This document shows positions 9,802-18,426 of a stretch of 64,000 nucleotides of DNA, piece after piece; position 1 is the stretch's first letter; each line of letters opens with the position of its first letter. A program made the translations under genes and the position numbers. Source of the DNA: Candidatus Saccharimonadota bacterium (lineage in GTDB: Bacteria; Patescibacteriota; Saccharimonadia; Saccharimonadales; Saccharimonadaceae). Location: assembly GCA_017613135.1 (NCBI GenBank), contig JAGAEN010000018.1, forward strand, positions 956-64,955, written 5' to 3'. The notes under the pieces were generated by a model that made no database searches, was not told where the DNA came from, and saw only the letters and a program-made list of their open reading frames with translations.

Positions 9802-11310
9802 ATGACAAGTAAAATTCATTCAGCAATTCCCTACGGCTTTTCTGGAAAGTTGGTAGAAGTCGAAGGGGACAAAAATCGTGGGCTACCAGCTTTCAATATT
9901 GTGGGGATGGCGAATAAAACTATCAACGAGGCTAAGGAGAGAGTGCGGAGTGCTATTGTGAATTCGGGATTTTCGTTCCCTGATAAAAAAGTGACAATAA
10001 ATCTAGCGCCGGCGGATCTTTTAAAAGACGGGTCGTATCTGGATCTACCGATTGCTTTGTCGGTATTAATGCTATCTGGGCAGTTAGTAAAGGCTGATGT
10101 GGAAGGCAAACTATTCGTAGGAGAACTCTCGCTTGATGGCGAACTTCGGCCGGTAAAAGGCATTATTAACATCGTAGAAACGGCGAGAGAGGCCGGGATA
10201 ACTGAAATCTATTTGCCAATCCAAAATTTGTCGCAGGCGGCACTGATTAGTGGTGTGAAGATTTATGGAGTAGATACGCTACTTAATCTGTTCCTGCAAC
10301 TTAAAAAGCAGGGCGAGATACTGCGCACGGAAAAGGACGTAAAGGCGCCCGAAAAGGCCATTTTAGGCCATTCTGACGCGATTTTGGACCACATTCGGGG
10401 GCAAGAAATCGCCAAGCGCGCGATGGAAATTGCAATTGCGGGGCACCATAATATCCTAATTTCGGGGCCACCAGGAGCTGGGAAGACGCTTCTGTCTAAG
10501 GCTGCGGCGAATCTACTCCCTGATTTGACGCCAAGTGAGATGGTGGAAATTACCAAATTATATTCAATTGCGGGGATGACTACCGGGGAGATTGTGACGA
10601 GTCGACCGTTTCGGTGTCCACATCATACGGCTTCGGCGACTTCTATCATCGGTGGTGTCAATGGGCCGGGCGAGATTTCTCTAGCGCATAAGGGGATTTT
10701 ATTTCTGGATGAACTGCCAGAGTTTCCCCGTTCGGTGCTAGAGGCCCTTAGACAGCCTTTAGAGGATAAAGAGGTGACGATTTCGCGCGCCAACCAAAGA
10801 ACTACCTATCCGGCAGATTTTATGCTGGTCGCGACGATGAATCCTTGCCCTTGTGGGTATCTGGGTGACCCCACTCATGAATGCAAGTGCACGGAAACGC
10901 AAATCCAAAACTATCATAAGAAACTATCAGGGCCACTGCTTGATCGGATTGATATGTATATCGAAGTAGAGAAAGTAAAAAATTCAGAATTAGGCGCCAA
11001 AATTACTGCCTCGGACCGTGAACATAATGTTGTAAAAAATACTATAACAGGGGCAATTTCGCGACAAATGGCCAGATTTGGGCGGGATGGATTTTATAAT
11101 AGTTCGCTTTCGAGTTTTCAGGTTTCGAGTATTTTAAAAATGGACGCGGAGGCGGAAAAGCTACTTTCTAGCGCTTCGGAAAAACTAAATCTTTCGGCCA
11201 GAGCGTATTTTAAGACCATTAAAGTCGCGCAGACAATTGCGGATCTTGATGGCTCTTGGCTTATTAAGCAAGAACATATTGCCGAGGCGTTAACTTATAG
11301 AAAAAGGTAA
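9802..11310 (+). CDS. comM: Mg-chelatase-like AAA+ protein ComM/YifB
   Basis: 502 aa. Lon-like N-domain, Walker A GPPGAGKT, FLDELPEF, and a C-terminal ChlI-like region. Confidence 0.85.
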   Translation: MTSKIHSAIPYGFSGKLVEVEGDKNRGLPAFNIVGMANKTINEAKERVRSAIVNSGFSFPDKKVTINLAPADLLKDGSYLDLPIALSVLMLSGQLVKADVEGKLFVGELSLDGELRPVKGIINIVETAREAGITEIYLPIQNLSQAALISGVKIYGVDTLLNLFLQLKKQGEILRTEKDVKAPEKAILGHSDAILDHIRGQEIAKRAMEIAIAGHHNILISGPPGAGKTLLSKAAANLLPDLTPSEMVEITKLYSIAGMTTGEIVTSRPFRCPHHTASATSIIGGVNGPGEISLAHKGILFLDELPEFPRSVLEALRQPLEDKEVTISRANQRTTYPADFMLVATMNPCPCGYLGDPTHECKCTETQIQNYHKKLSGPLLDRIDMYIEVEKVKNSELGAKITASDREHNVVKNTITGAISRQMARFGRDGFYNSSLSSFQVSSILKMDAEAEKLLSSASEKLNLSARAYFKTIKVAQTIADLDGSWLIKQEHIAEALTYRKR

Positions 11311-11377
11311 CGGACTAATTTGCAGGCGGTTCATTTTGCGCTATTGCTGTTGTTATATAAAATTAGCCCTTTATCTC

Positions 11378-11406
11378 TTGCATTATTTTAAACGATTTGA
11401 TATAAT
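11378..11406 (+). promoter_or_regulatory. Sigma70-type promoter for infC operon (TTGCAT-17-TATAAT)
   Basis: TTGCAT at 11378-11383, a 17-nt spacer, and TATAAT at 11401-11406. Confidence 0.5.
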
Positions 11407-11442
11407 AGTTATCAGGTTAATTCAAGAGAAGAAAGGACTACT

Positions 11443-11961
11443 ATAAAAAATTCATCACGCACCCGGCTTAACACAGAAATTCGTTATCCAGAGGTACGCG
11501 TAATAGGATCTAGTGGGGAGCAGCTGGGCATTATGTCCAGTCGTGATGCTCAACTTCTCGCGAGAGACCAAGGAGTGGATTTAGTGGAAATCGCCGCTAA
11601 CGCCAATCCGCCGGTCGTTAAAATCATTGACTGGGGTAAATTCCAGTATCAAAAGATGAAAGAAGAAGCCAAGAATCGGAAGAAAGCTCGTGAAAAGCAG
11701 TCCGAGCTAAAACAAATGAAGATTGGTCTCAAAATTTCAGATAACGACCTAAATATCAAAGTCCGCAAGATGCGTGAGTTCCTTGACGATGGTGACCGTG
11801 TGAAAATAATGATTGTTTTCAAGGGTCGCGAAATGGCGCACAAAGAGATTGGGACGGAATTAATGAATAAAGTTCTTGGCCTGATCGGTGACGACATTGT
11901 CGAAGAGGGCAAAATGCAATTTAACGGACGCAACCTATCAGTCGGAATACGGAAGAAGTAA
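11443..11961 (+). CDS. infC: Translation initiation factor IF-3, probable non-canonical ATA start
   Basis: The conserved N-terminus (EIRYPEVRVIGSSGEQLGI) lies upstream of the first ATG (11533), in frame. The frame opens after TGA at 11398-11400. ATA at 11443 is preceded by GAAAGGA. Confidence 0.8.
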   Translation: MKNSSRTRLNTEIRYPEVRVIGSSGEQLGIMSSRDAQLLARDQGVDLVEIAANANPPVVKIIDWGKFQYQKMKEEAKNRKKAREKQSELKQMKIGLKISDNDLNIKVRKMREFLDDGDRVKIMIVFKGREMAHKEIGTELMNKVLGLIGDDIVEEGKMQFNGRNLSVGIRKK

Positions 11962-12024
11962 TTTCCTACTTCCACGGTTCCCTGGTCGCACATTGTAATA
12001 ATAATTTTAACTAAAGGAAAACCT

Positions 12025-12219
12025 ATGCCAAAACTAAAGACGCATAAAGGTACCGCCAAGCGCATTAAAATTACCGGCTCTGGTAAAATTTCGCGTGAGC
12101 GTGCCTACGGGAATCACATTCTCGCTAAAAAAAGCAAAGCCAGAAAGCGCAATATGAAAACTGCTGCTTTCATCAGTGGCAAAATCAAGAAAAACGTTAA
12201 GACTGCATTAGGGGTTTAA
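12025..12219 (+). CDS. rpmI: 50S ribosomal protein L35
   Basis: [15 protein letters not shown] signature. Standard infC-rpmI-rplT order. Confidence 0.9.
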   Translation: MPKLKTHKGTAKRIKITGSGKISRERAYGNHILAKKSKARKRNMKTAAFISGKIKKNVKTALGV

Positions 12220-12221
12220 TC

Positions 12222-12569
12222 ATGAGAGTAAAACGTGGTGTGGCCGCAATGGCCAAGCATAAGAAAATTTTGAAAGCTGCGAAGGGGATGCAACATGCCC
12301 GCACGCGTAGTTTTCGTTTGGGTAAACAAGGTGTAATTAAGGCTTTGCGGTACAGTTACCGCGATCGTCGCAATCGCAAACGCGATCTTCGGGCCCTTTG
12401 GATTACCCGCATTAACAATGCTTCTCGTGAACTTGGTGTTTCTTACTCGCAACTGATTGCTGGGATGAAAGCCAAGAACATTACGCTCGATCGCAAAGTT
12501 TTAGCTGATCTTGCTGTAAACAACCCTGAAGCATTTAAAGCAATTGTAAATACGGTGAAGGAGAAATAA
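12222..12569 (+). CDS. rplT: 50S ribosomal protein L20
   Basis: MRVKRGV...[22 protein letters not shown] signature. Confidence 0.95.
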   Translation: MRVKRGVAAMAKHKKILKAAKGMQHARTRSFRLGKQGVIKALRYSYRDRRNRKRDLRALWITRINNASRELGVSYSQLIAGMKAKNITLDRKVLADLAVNNPEAFKAIVNTVKEK

Positions 12570-12570
12570 G

Positions 12571-12795
12571 ATGGCAATTTGTGAAGTTACCGGAAAAGGC
12601 AAAATGTATGGTCACAATGTGTCGTTTTCTCAACGCCATACACGCAAAGTATTCAAGCCAAATGTTTCAAAGAGAACTTTGATTATCGATGGTAAGAAGA
12701 TAAAATGCAATGTTTCGACCTCTGCGCTTCGAACTTTGAAGAAAAAAGGTTTGATTACTGCGCCGAAAGAAGCTGCAAAAAAGGCTGATAAATAG
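12571..12795 (+). CDS. rpmB: 50S ribosomal protein L28
   Basis: MAICEVTGKGKMYGHNVSFSQRHTRKVFKPN is an L28-like N-terminus. Confidence 0.85.
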   Translation: MAICEVTGKGKMYGHNVSFSQRHTRKVFKPNVSKRTLIIDGKKIKCNVSTSALRTLKKKGLITAPKEAAKKADK

Positions 12796-12817
12796 TAAAC
12801 TGTGCCTGAAACAAAAG

Positions 12818-12842
12818 TCCACCCTTCTCGGGTGGATTTTTG
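12818..12842 (+). terminator. Rho-independent terminator of the infC-rpmB operon
   Basis: tccaccc ttctc gggtgga followed by ttttt. Confidence 0.7.
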
Positions 12843-12844
12843 AT

Positions 12845-13170
12845 AATGAGCCATTTTTAAGCCGGGTTCTGTAACCCTGTGAAGGGTCGGCAATCATCTA
12901 TCTAGATACTATATTGCTATAGTATTCAAGCGGTGAGCGTGCGTCTTCGAGCAGAAGCTGATAGCACTCCTTGCAACAGGTAGGGTTTGCCGCCACCCCG
13001 TATCACTACGAGATGCTGTGGGCTCTTACCCCACTCTTTTCACCATCGCCCCGTGAAGGGCAGTATTGTTTCTGTGGTACTTTCCCTATCCTTACGGACG
13101 GTCGCCGTTAGCGACTACCTTGCTCTATGTTGCCCGGACTTTCCTCTTGGGTGTTTCCAAGCGATTGCCT
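12845..13170 (-). ncRNA. rnpB: RNase P RNA (bacterial type A), compact ~326 nt
   Basis: The minus strand contains GAGGAAAGTCCGGGC (P4 5' strand), GGGGTAAGAGCCCAC, TAGATAGATGATTGCC, and ACAGAACCCGGCTTA (P4 3' strand). P1 pairs GAGCCA with TGGCTC. TGATATAAT lies at 13176-13184, 7 nt upstream. Confidence 0.85.
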
Positions 13171-13175
13171 TGCTG

Positions 13176-13184
13176 GCTCTGTTG
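13176..13184 (-). promoter_or_regulatory. Extended -10 promoter (TGATATAAT) for rnpB
   Basis: The rc reads TGATATAAT. The predicted transcription start coincides with the start of P1. Confidence 0.55.
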
Positions 13185-13198
13185 TATTATATCATATT

Positions 13199-14107
13199 TT
13201 AGGCGCCAACGCGATCCTTGCCATTATGGCGAGGGGCGTTGAGCTCGATATATTCGATGATTTTCGAAGCAACGTCTTTGCCGGTAACTTTTTCGATGCC
13301 AAACCCTGGCGAAGCGTTGACTTCTAGCACCAGTGGGCCGCGAGCGGAACGCATTAAATCGACACCACAGATGTGAAGCCCCATCGCGCGAGCGGCTTTC
13401 AATGCCACTTTTTTCTCTTCGGCGGTAAGTTTAATCGGGGTTCCCTGGCCACCTTGATGGAGATTAGAGCGAAAATCGTCATCGAGAGAAGCTCGTTGCA
13501 TCGAGGCGACTACTTGGTTCCCGACCACAAAGGCACGGATGTCGGTGCCGGCAGACTCTTTAATAAACTCCTGGAGTAAAATATTGGTGCCATCTTCATT
13601 ATAGAGATAGAAGGCTTGGAGAGCGGATTTGGCGGCTTTTCTAGTGTCAGCCAAAATCACACCATTGCCGTGAGTGCCAGTAGCAAGTTTGATGATTACA
13701 GGAAGACCGATTTGCTCTAGCAAATCGTCTATATCGGAGGTATTGCGTGAGACGAGGGTTTTTGGCGTATCGATGTCATATTTAGCGAGAATCTGGGCGG
13801 CGCGCAGTTTATCGCGAGCACGCGTAATCGCCACTGATGGAGCAGCCGTCCAAACTCCTTGCATTTCAAATTGACGCACAACAGCGCAGCCATAACGAGT
13901 CATATTGTTAGAAATGCGAGGTAAAATCGCATCAAAACCTTCTAGTTTTTCTCCCCCATAATAAACATCAGGGTGCTTGTCATCAAGTGACAGATAGCAA
14001 TTTTTGTACTTAATCACGCGGACGTCGTGACCACGATTTTTTGCCTCTTCGACGAGACGCTTGGTGGAATAATTCCCTGGTCCATTAGATAAAATGGCTA
14101 ATTTCAT
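13199..14107 (-). CDS. rimK: RimK-family ATP-grasp alpha-L-glutamate ligase
   Basis: 302 aa. MKLAILS...RLVEEA N-terminus and ATP-grasp motifs (GTHGNGV, EVNASPG). Confidence 0.85.
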   Translation of the reverse strand: MKLAILSNGPGNYSTKRLVEEAKNRGHDVRVIKYKNCYLSLDDKHPDVYYGGEKLEGFDAILPRISNNMTRYGCAVVRQFEMQGVWTAAPSVAITRARDKLRAAQILAKYDIDTPKTLVSRNTSDIDDLLEQIGLPVIIKLATGTHGNGVILADTRKAAKSALQAFYLYNEDGTNILLQEFIKESAGTDIRAFVVGNQVVASMQRASLDDDFRSNLHQGGQGTPIKLTAEEKKVALKAARAMGLHICGVDLMRSARGPLVLEVNASPGFGIEKVTGKDVASKIIEYIELNAPRHNGKDRVGA

Positions 14108-14619
14108 ATTGCTCCTTTTTTAAAATACTTTTGATGAAACGCATAGGGGTCTTCTTGAAGCTCCTTATTTAAACGAATTGAATTTCTGTTGGATGAGTGC
14201 TCTACGCAAATCTTTGAAACATCAACTAAAAATCTATTTTCAAGGGTATGCCGGCCAATTAAAATCGGAAAATGGTTGCGCGAGCGATTGGCCAAAGTAA
14301 AGGTTGTCGTAAACGATTCGCCATTAATAGCAATTGGTATTTTGACGCGGTAACGAATTTGTGTGTCGCCGTGAGAGGAACGCACAACTTTGGCAAAATA
14401 GTCAGAAGTCCTAATCTTCTTACCGGTATAAAATGGGGATTTTTCGCCAAAAAGTGAAAAAGTTAGCGTGCCGTCCTTTTCCATATTAATATCAGAGGCC
14501 CAAATAGCCGAAGTGTCAGCCCCAGTATCAATCTTAGCAGGAATGCATTTTACATCAAAAATCTCGACGTAAGCGGTCGAGCCAATGATTTTTAATGGGG
14601 TTTTTGACATAGATGCCAT
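14104..14619 (-). CDS. Retropepsin-like aspartic protease (PF05618-type, RimB-like partner of RimK)
   Basis: IDTGADTSAIWA D-T-G motif and C-terminal ILIGRHTLENRFLVDVS. Overlaps rimK by 4 nt. Confidence 0.7.
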   Translation of the reverse strand: MASMSKTPLKIIGSTAYVEIFDVKCIPAKIDTGADTSAIWASDINMEKDGTLTFSLFGEKSPFYTGKKIRTSDYFAKVVRSSHGDTQIRYRVKIPIAINGESFTTTFTLANRSRNHFPILIGRHTLENRFLVDVSKICVEHSSNRNSIRLNKELQEDPYAFHQKYFKKGAI

Positions 14620-14652
14620 ATCTTTCTATTATATCACGGTTTATCTAAAATG

Positions 14653-15633
14653 TCAATGCTTCCTAAGGAGGTCGTCGATGGCGTGATTTGCCTCGGAATC
14701 GGCGATAAGGTTTTCAAAACGGGAGATGTGAGTGAAGGAAACACTGTCAAAATTGCTAAGTAGTTTTTGGATAGCATCATAAATGGTGATAATGTCGGGA
14801 TTTTTGATGGAAAAGATGCCATTTAATTGATTAACCACCATAAGACTATCAGAGAAGAAATGTACTGATTTAAGGCCAAGTTCGAGAGCGAGTTCGATGC
14901 CGTTTTTCATAGCATAATACTCGGCTACCCGAGAGGTGGCAAAGCCAATAAACTTGCCGCCCTGGCTGATAACCTTACCGTCCATATCGACCACGTAATA
15001 ACCAATACCAGAGGGGCCAGGATTACCACGCGAGGCGCCGTCAACGTAAATACTGACTGCGTTGGCTGTATCACGAGATGAAATACGGCTAGGCTCAATC
15101 TTGTTTTCGATAATTTCAAAGACTGAAAGGCTAGCTTCGTTCAAACGAACGCCAGCGGTGGTAAAATCTTTGACATATTTATACCCTGTATACCTGTCAC
15201 GCGGAGTTGGCTTAGTATTGCCAATGACTTCTATATCATAAACGATGTAAAGATTACTGAGACGGCTGGAGCCTTCAAGATTTAAAAATGTAATAACATC
15301 TCTTAGCTTGACTGAGCTGGCGCGGTAGCCGGTATATTCGGTAAGTGAGCGGGCCATCGCTTCTTCAGGCTGTTCACCAAATTTAATCTTGCCAGTGGGA
15401 AGTTCCCAAAAAACCGGGGCGTCGGAACGGCCTCGGTTGCGTTTCAAAATCAGCACCCCATCCTCATTCTTAATAATACCAACTACACGAATTCTTTGTT
15501 TCATAGCCCACTCGTTAGGTGCCCCGCCGGCCTGTTTTCCCCGTAATATATACAAGGTGGGTAAAATCTTATGCGATACATCCACGGATGTAAGCCACGA
15601 AATCCCTAAAACATGATTATTCAGGAAAATCAT
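14653..15633 (-). CDS. Nudix hydrolase - RNase H (type 1 / RVT_3-like) fusion protein
   Basis: The N-terminal half has a Nudix box-like GKIKFGEQPEEAMARSLTEYTG. The C-terminal half reads YVDGASRGNPGPSGIGYY...AEYYAM...FSDSLMVVNQL...ADSEAN, which is RNase H-like (DEDD). The real start may be M44 (15504). Confidence 0.7.
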   Translation of the reverse strand: MIFLNNHVLGISWLTSVDVSHKILPTLYILRGKQAGGAPNEWAMKQRIRVVGIIKNEDGVLILKRNRGRSDAPVFWELPTGKIKFGEQPEEAMARSLTEYTGYRASSVKLRDVITFLNLEGSSRLSNLYIVYDIEVIGNTKPTPRDRYTGYKYVKDFTTAGVRLNEASLSVFEIIENKIEPSRISSRDTANAVSIYVDGASRGNPGPSGIGYYVVDMDGKVISQGGKFIGFATSRVAEYYAMKNGIELALELGLKSVHFFSDSLMVVNQLNGIFSIKNPDIITIYDAIQKLLSNFDSVSFTHISRFENLIADSEANHAIDDLLRKH

Positions 15634-15716
15634 GCTGCCGGTGGGGCTATCTTTATTATATCATATTGGGGATGGATTTAAAATTCTATTTCTTTTCAGC
15701 GATGATATTTCGCCAA

Positions 15717-15792
15717 GATAAAAATTACAACATCAGTCATGTTTTCGCTCGCGAAGACAAGCTCTACTCGCGAAAACTGTGATATTGTAATT
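15717..15792 (-). terminator. Long imperfect hairpin plus T-run, likely terminator after the M50 protease operon
   Basis: Arms aattacaacatcag..gttttcgc and gcgaaaac..tgtgatattgtaatt. On the minus strand the hairpin is followed by tttttatctt. Confidence 0.45.
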
Positions 15793-15838
15793 CTTATATG
15801 GGCAATTTCATATGCTTCAAAGAAAAAAAATTTTAAAT

Positions 15839-16483
15839 CTAGGCACCGACGATGAAGTAGAATAGATGGAGTATACCGTCCATGCCGTTTATCATCAGGT
15901 TGGAGAAAACCTCGCCGAAGAGAAGGATGAGAATGTAGACTAAAATGACGCCGTAAACTTCCAGCGATTTTATAAAATTACGGACTAGGTCGGGAGAGAT
16001 GGCATAAAGGACACGGGAGCCGTCAAGGGGTGGGATAGGAATAAGATTGAATAACATAAAACCGAGATTAATAAAGAGTAGTTCGCTAAAAACAAAATCT
16101 AATAATTCCCCACCCCTGCCATAGAGAAAGCCAGCAAAATGACCGATGAGAAAGGCTAGGAATGCGATTAGAAAATTTGTCAAAGGACCGGCGATGGCGA
16201 CCAGCGCCATGCCCCACTCGCGACCTTTGAGATTGTGGTAATTGATGGGGACAGGTTTGGCGCCGCCGAAAACCGGGGCTTTTAAAATATACAAAATAAC
16301 TGGAATAAGAATCGACATATAGGGGTCGATGTGTTTAATGGGGTTAAAAGTCAGGCGGCCAGCGTCTTTTGCGGTATGATCGCCCAGCCAGTAAGCGACG
16401 ATGCCGTGGGCGAGTTCGTGCAAAATAACTGAAAAAACTACAATGAGAAGAACAATAATAATATATAATATATTGGCGTTCAT
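15839..16483 (-). CDS. Site-2 protease family (M50) membrane metalloprotease
   Basis: HELAHG zinc motif within multiple TM helices; LDG motif. Confidence 0.8.
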   Translation of the reverse strand: MNANILYIIIVLLIVVFSVILHELAHGIVAYWLGDHTAKDAGRLTFNPIKHIDPYMSILIPVILYILKAPVFGGAKPVPINYHNLKGREWGMALVAIAGPLTNFLIAFLAFLIGHFAGFLYGRGGELLDFVFSELLFINLGFMLFNLIPIPPLDGSRVLYAISPDLVRNFIKSLEVYGVILVYILILLFGEVFSNLMINGMDGILHLFYFIVGA

Positions 16484-16929
16484 CAGTTTAGAACCACCAC
16501 TTCTTTAGTGGTTGGGAGAGAGTCGAGAGATTTGACTTTGAGCTTTTTATCGCTGCGGGCAGAAAGTTTTAATTCGGAAACCATCGCGTCAACATTGCCC
16601 ATCGAGACGACTAATTTTGGCTCAATCTCGCGAATGGCGCGAATAGATGAAGTACAAAGGATGTCGGCTACAATATCATCAAGATTTTCTTCAATGTCGC
16701 CGAGGATGCCAATATGGATACCGCCGACTTCAACATCATAAATGGTCTTATTGCTGGTAGTCAAAATGCCGCGAATGGTGGCGTCGCCAATTTCAAATTC
16801 ACCGGGACCTTTTATTTTGCCTACCGCTAGATTGGCATCGATGGTCTCGTTTTTGATGTTAAACTTAACGGTGGTTTTTTTGGTAGTGAGGATAATCTCA
16901 TCTTGATTTTTGCTTTCAATCTCAAACAT
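16483..16929 (-). CDS. Hypothetical protein resembling the C-terminal half of an MBL-fold (UPF0173-like) hydrolase
   Basis: GPGEFEIGD...GIHIGILGD...EPKLVVSMG pattern. No HxHxDH motif. Confidence 0.4.
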   Translation of the reverse strand: MFEIESKNQDEIILTTKKTTVKFNIKNETIDANLAVGKIKGPGEFEIGDATIRGILTTSNKTIYDVEVGGIHIGILGDIEENLDDIVADILCTSSIRAIREIEPKLVVSMGNVDAMVSELKLSARSDKKLKVKSLDSLPTTKEVVVLN

Positions 16930-16937
16930 TTTTTCTC

Positions 16938-17546
16938 CTATCCTTTGATTAGTTTATCTGGATCAATGATTTCGGTGATTTCCATTTCGAAAATATCTTC
17001 CACGAAACGGTCCTTAACGCTTTTTCTATATGAAAAATCGTCGGCGGACATAATGACATAATTGATAGGTTTGCCCTGCTTTTTTTCGATGACTTCGGCC
17101 CAGCGAGTAAGTTTTTTAGTTTTGTCGTTTCCAATAATGAGGAGGTCAATGCCGTCTTGTCCTGGCAAACGATTAGTGACGATAAGACCCTTCAAATAGT
17201 TTTTGACTGGACGACAATAATCTTCCCACGTAGTTTCGCGCACATCTTTTTCGCGGGTTGTATCAATTTTTTTAGAAAATATTTCAGTAAGTGGTCTAGA
17301 ATATGGGTGCTTGTTATTGGCCGAGTAATAGACTTTGTTGTCGAAGGTTTCATTTTTAATGACGCCGATACTTTCGAGATTTAAAAGTTCGCGACGGACG
17401 GAGTTAATCTGTTCGTCAATGACCCTGGTCATCTCGCGGACATAAAAAGATTTCTCCGGGTTTTCAAAAAATAGTTTTAATAATTTGGCACGAGTTTTAG
17501 AACCAAATAATTTTTCAGTAGGTGTGTTATTTTCTTTGCTCATCCT
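16938..17546 (-). CDS. Winged-helix (ArsR-like) DNA-binding domain protein
   Basis: FGSKTRAKLLKLFFENPEKSFYVREMTRVIDEQINSVRRELLNLESIGVIK. Start trimmed to MSKENN. Confidence 0.5.
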   Translation of the reverse strand, partial: RMSKENNTPTEKLFGSKTRAKLLKLFFENPEKSFYVREMTRVIDEQINSVRRELLNLESIGVIKNETFDNKVYYSANNKHPYSRPLTEIFSKKIDTTREKDVRETTWEDYCRPVKNYLKGLIVTNRLPGQDGIDLLIIGNDKTKKLTRWAEVIEKKQGKPINYVIMSADDFSYRKSVKDRFVEDIFEMEITEIIDPDKLIKG

Positions 17547-17568
17547 ACATATTATTTTAGCACGATTT

Positions 17569-18426
17569 TTAAAAATCATTAAATTTATTTATCACAAATG
17601 GATAAACTTGGTCGAGCGGAAGCCAAATAATATTTTTGTTGCGTTTGAACCAAGTGAGTTGACGCTTGGCGAGATGGTAATCTTCATAGAAACACTTCTC
17701 TTTGGCTTCTTCTTCAGTAAATTCGCCCTCGAGATATTTCCAGGCGTATTCGTAAATATCGCTTTTCATCGCTTGGCTTCCCCAACCGTAGGTTTTTACG
17801 AGTTTTTGAGTTTCATCATATAAATCATCTGAGAACATTTGGTCGATGCGCTTCTTTAATCTTTGACGCAAGATATCGGTAGGCCAATCTATGCCGATTA
17901 ATAAAAAATCACCTTTTATCTCTGTACGGTCTGAACAAGTTTTTTGTTCAATATCGCCGATTTTATGACCGGTGGGGCCCTTAAAATGGTAATCATAAAT
18001 TAACGCATCGATGTAAAGACCGGTGCCACCAACGATGATGGGGACTTTGCCGCGAGATTTAATGTCTTTAATTTTCTCCTCGGCGTAGGATTTCCAGTCG
18101 GCGACAGTGAAACGCTCGCCGGGCTTTACTAGGTCTATGCCGTAATGCGGGATACCTTGCTGTTCTTTCTTCGTGGGTTTGGCCGTGCCGATATCCATGC
18201 CTTCATAAATAGCGCGGGAGTCGGCCGAAATAATCTCGCCGTCGATGGCTTTTGCTATTTTGATGGAAACACCAGTTTTACCAGAGCCTGTAGGTCCCAG
18301 TATAACGATGGTGCTTGAAAAAGTACCTTCTCGGAACGCTCCCTCGCTCCCGTCGTTACGGGGCTCGGTCGCTCCGTGTTTGGCCCGTCGCCAAACATGC
18401 TCCTCGAAGGTGTCTTTTTCAAGCAC
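17569..18426 (-). CDS. miaA: tRNA dimethylallyltransferase with a repeat-encoded N-terminal extension
   Basis: GPTGSGKTG P-loop, SADSRAIYEGMDIGTAKP, and QLTWF. The GTG start overlaps the thrS stop. No alternative start lies between the inserted element and the P-loop. Confidence 0.85.
   Translation of the reverse strand: MLEKDTFEEHVWRRAKHGATEPRNDGSEGAFREGTFSSTIVILGPTGSGKTGVSIKIAKAIDGEIISADSRAIYEGMDIGTAKPTKKEQQGIPHYGIDLVKPGERFTVADWKSYAEEKIKDIKSRGKVPIIVGGTGLYIDALIYDYHFKGPTGHKIGDIEQKTCSDRTEIKGDFLLIGIDWPTDILRQRLKKRIDQMFSDDLYDETQKLVKTYGWGSQAMKSDIYEYAWKYLEGEFTEEEAKEKCFYEDYHLAKRQLTWFKRNKNIIWLPLDQVYPFVINKFNDF
18313..18424 (-). repeat. GC-rich hairpin element (family 1) translated in frame at the miaA 5' end
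   Basis: The core ctcgctcccgtcgttacggggctc... is homologous to the ileS copies. It is flanked by the inverted repeat gcttgaaaaagtaccttc / gaaggtgtctttttcaagc. Confidence 0.7.

Noticed and set aside
12987-13327. Two short plus-strand ORFs (71 and 66 aa)
   Set aside because: They overlap the RNase P RNA gene and the rimK 3' end. The region is explained by rnpB.
15723-15792. 70-nt imperfect palindrome, considered as another mobile hairpin element
   Set aside because: It is AT-rich and has no similarity to the family-1 core. It sits right after a stop codon and is followed by a T-run, so it is most simply a long-stem intrinsic terminator.
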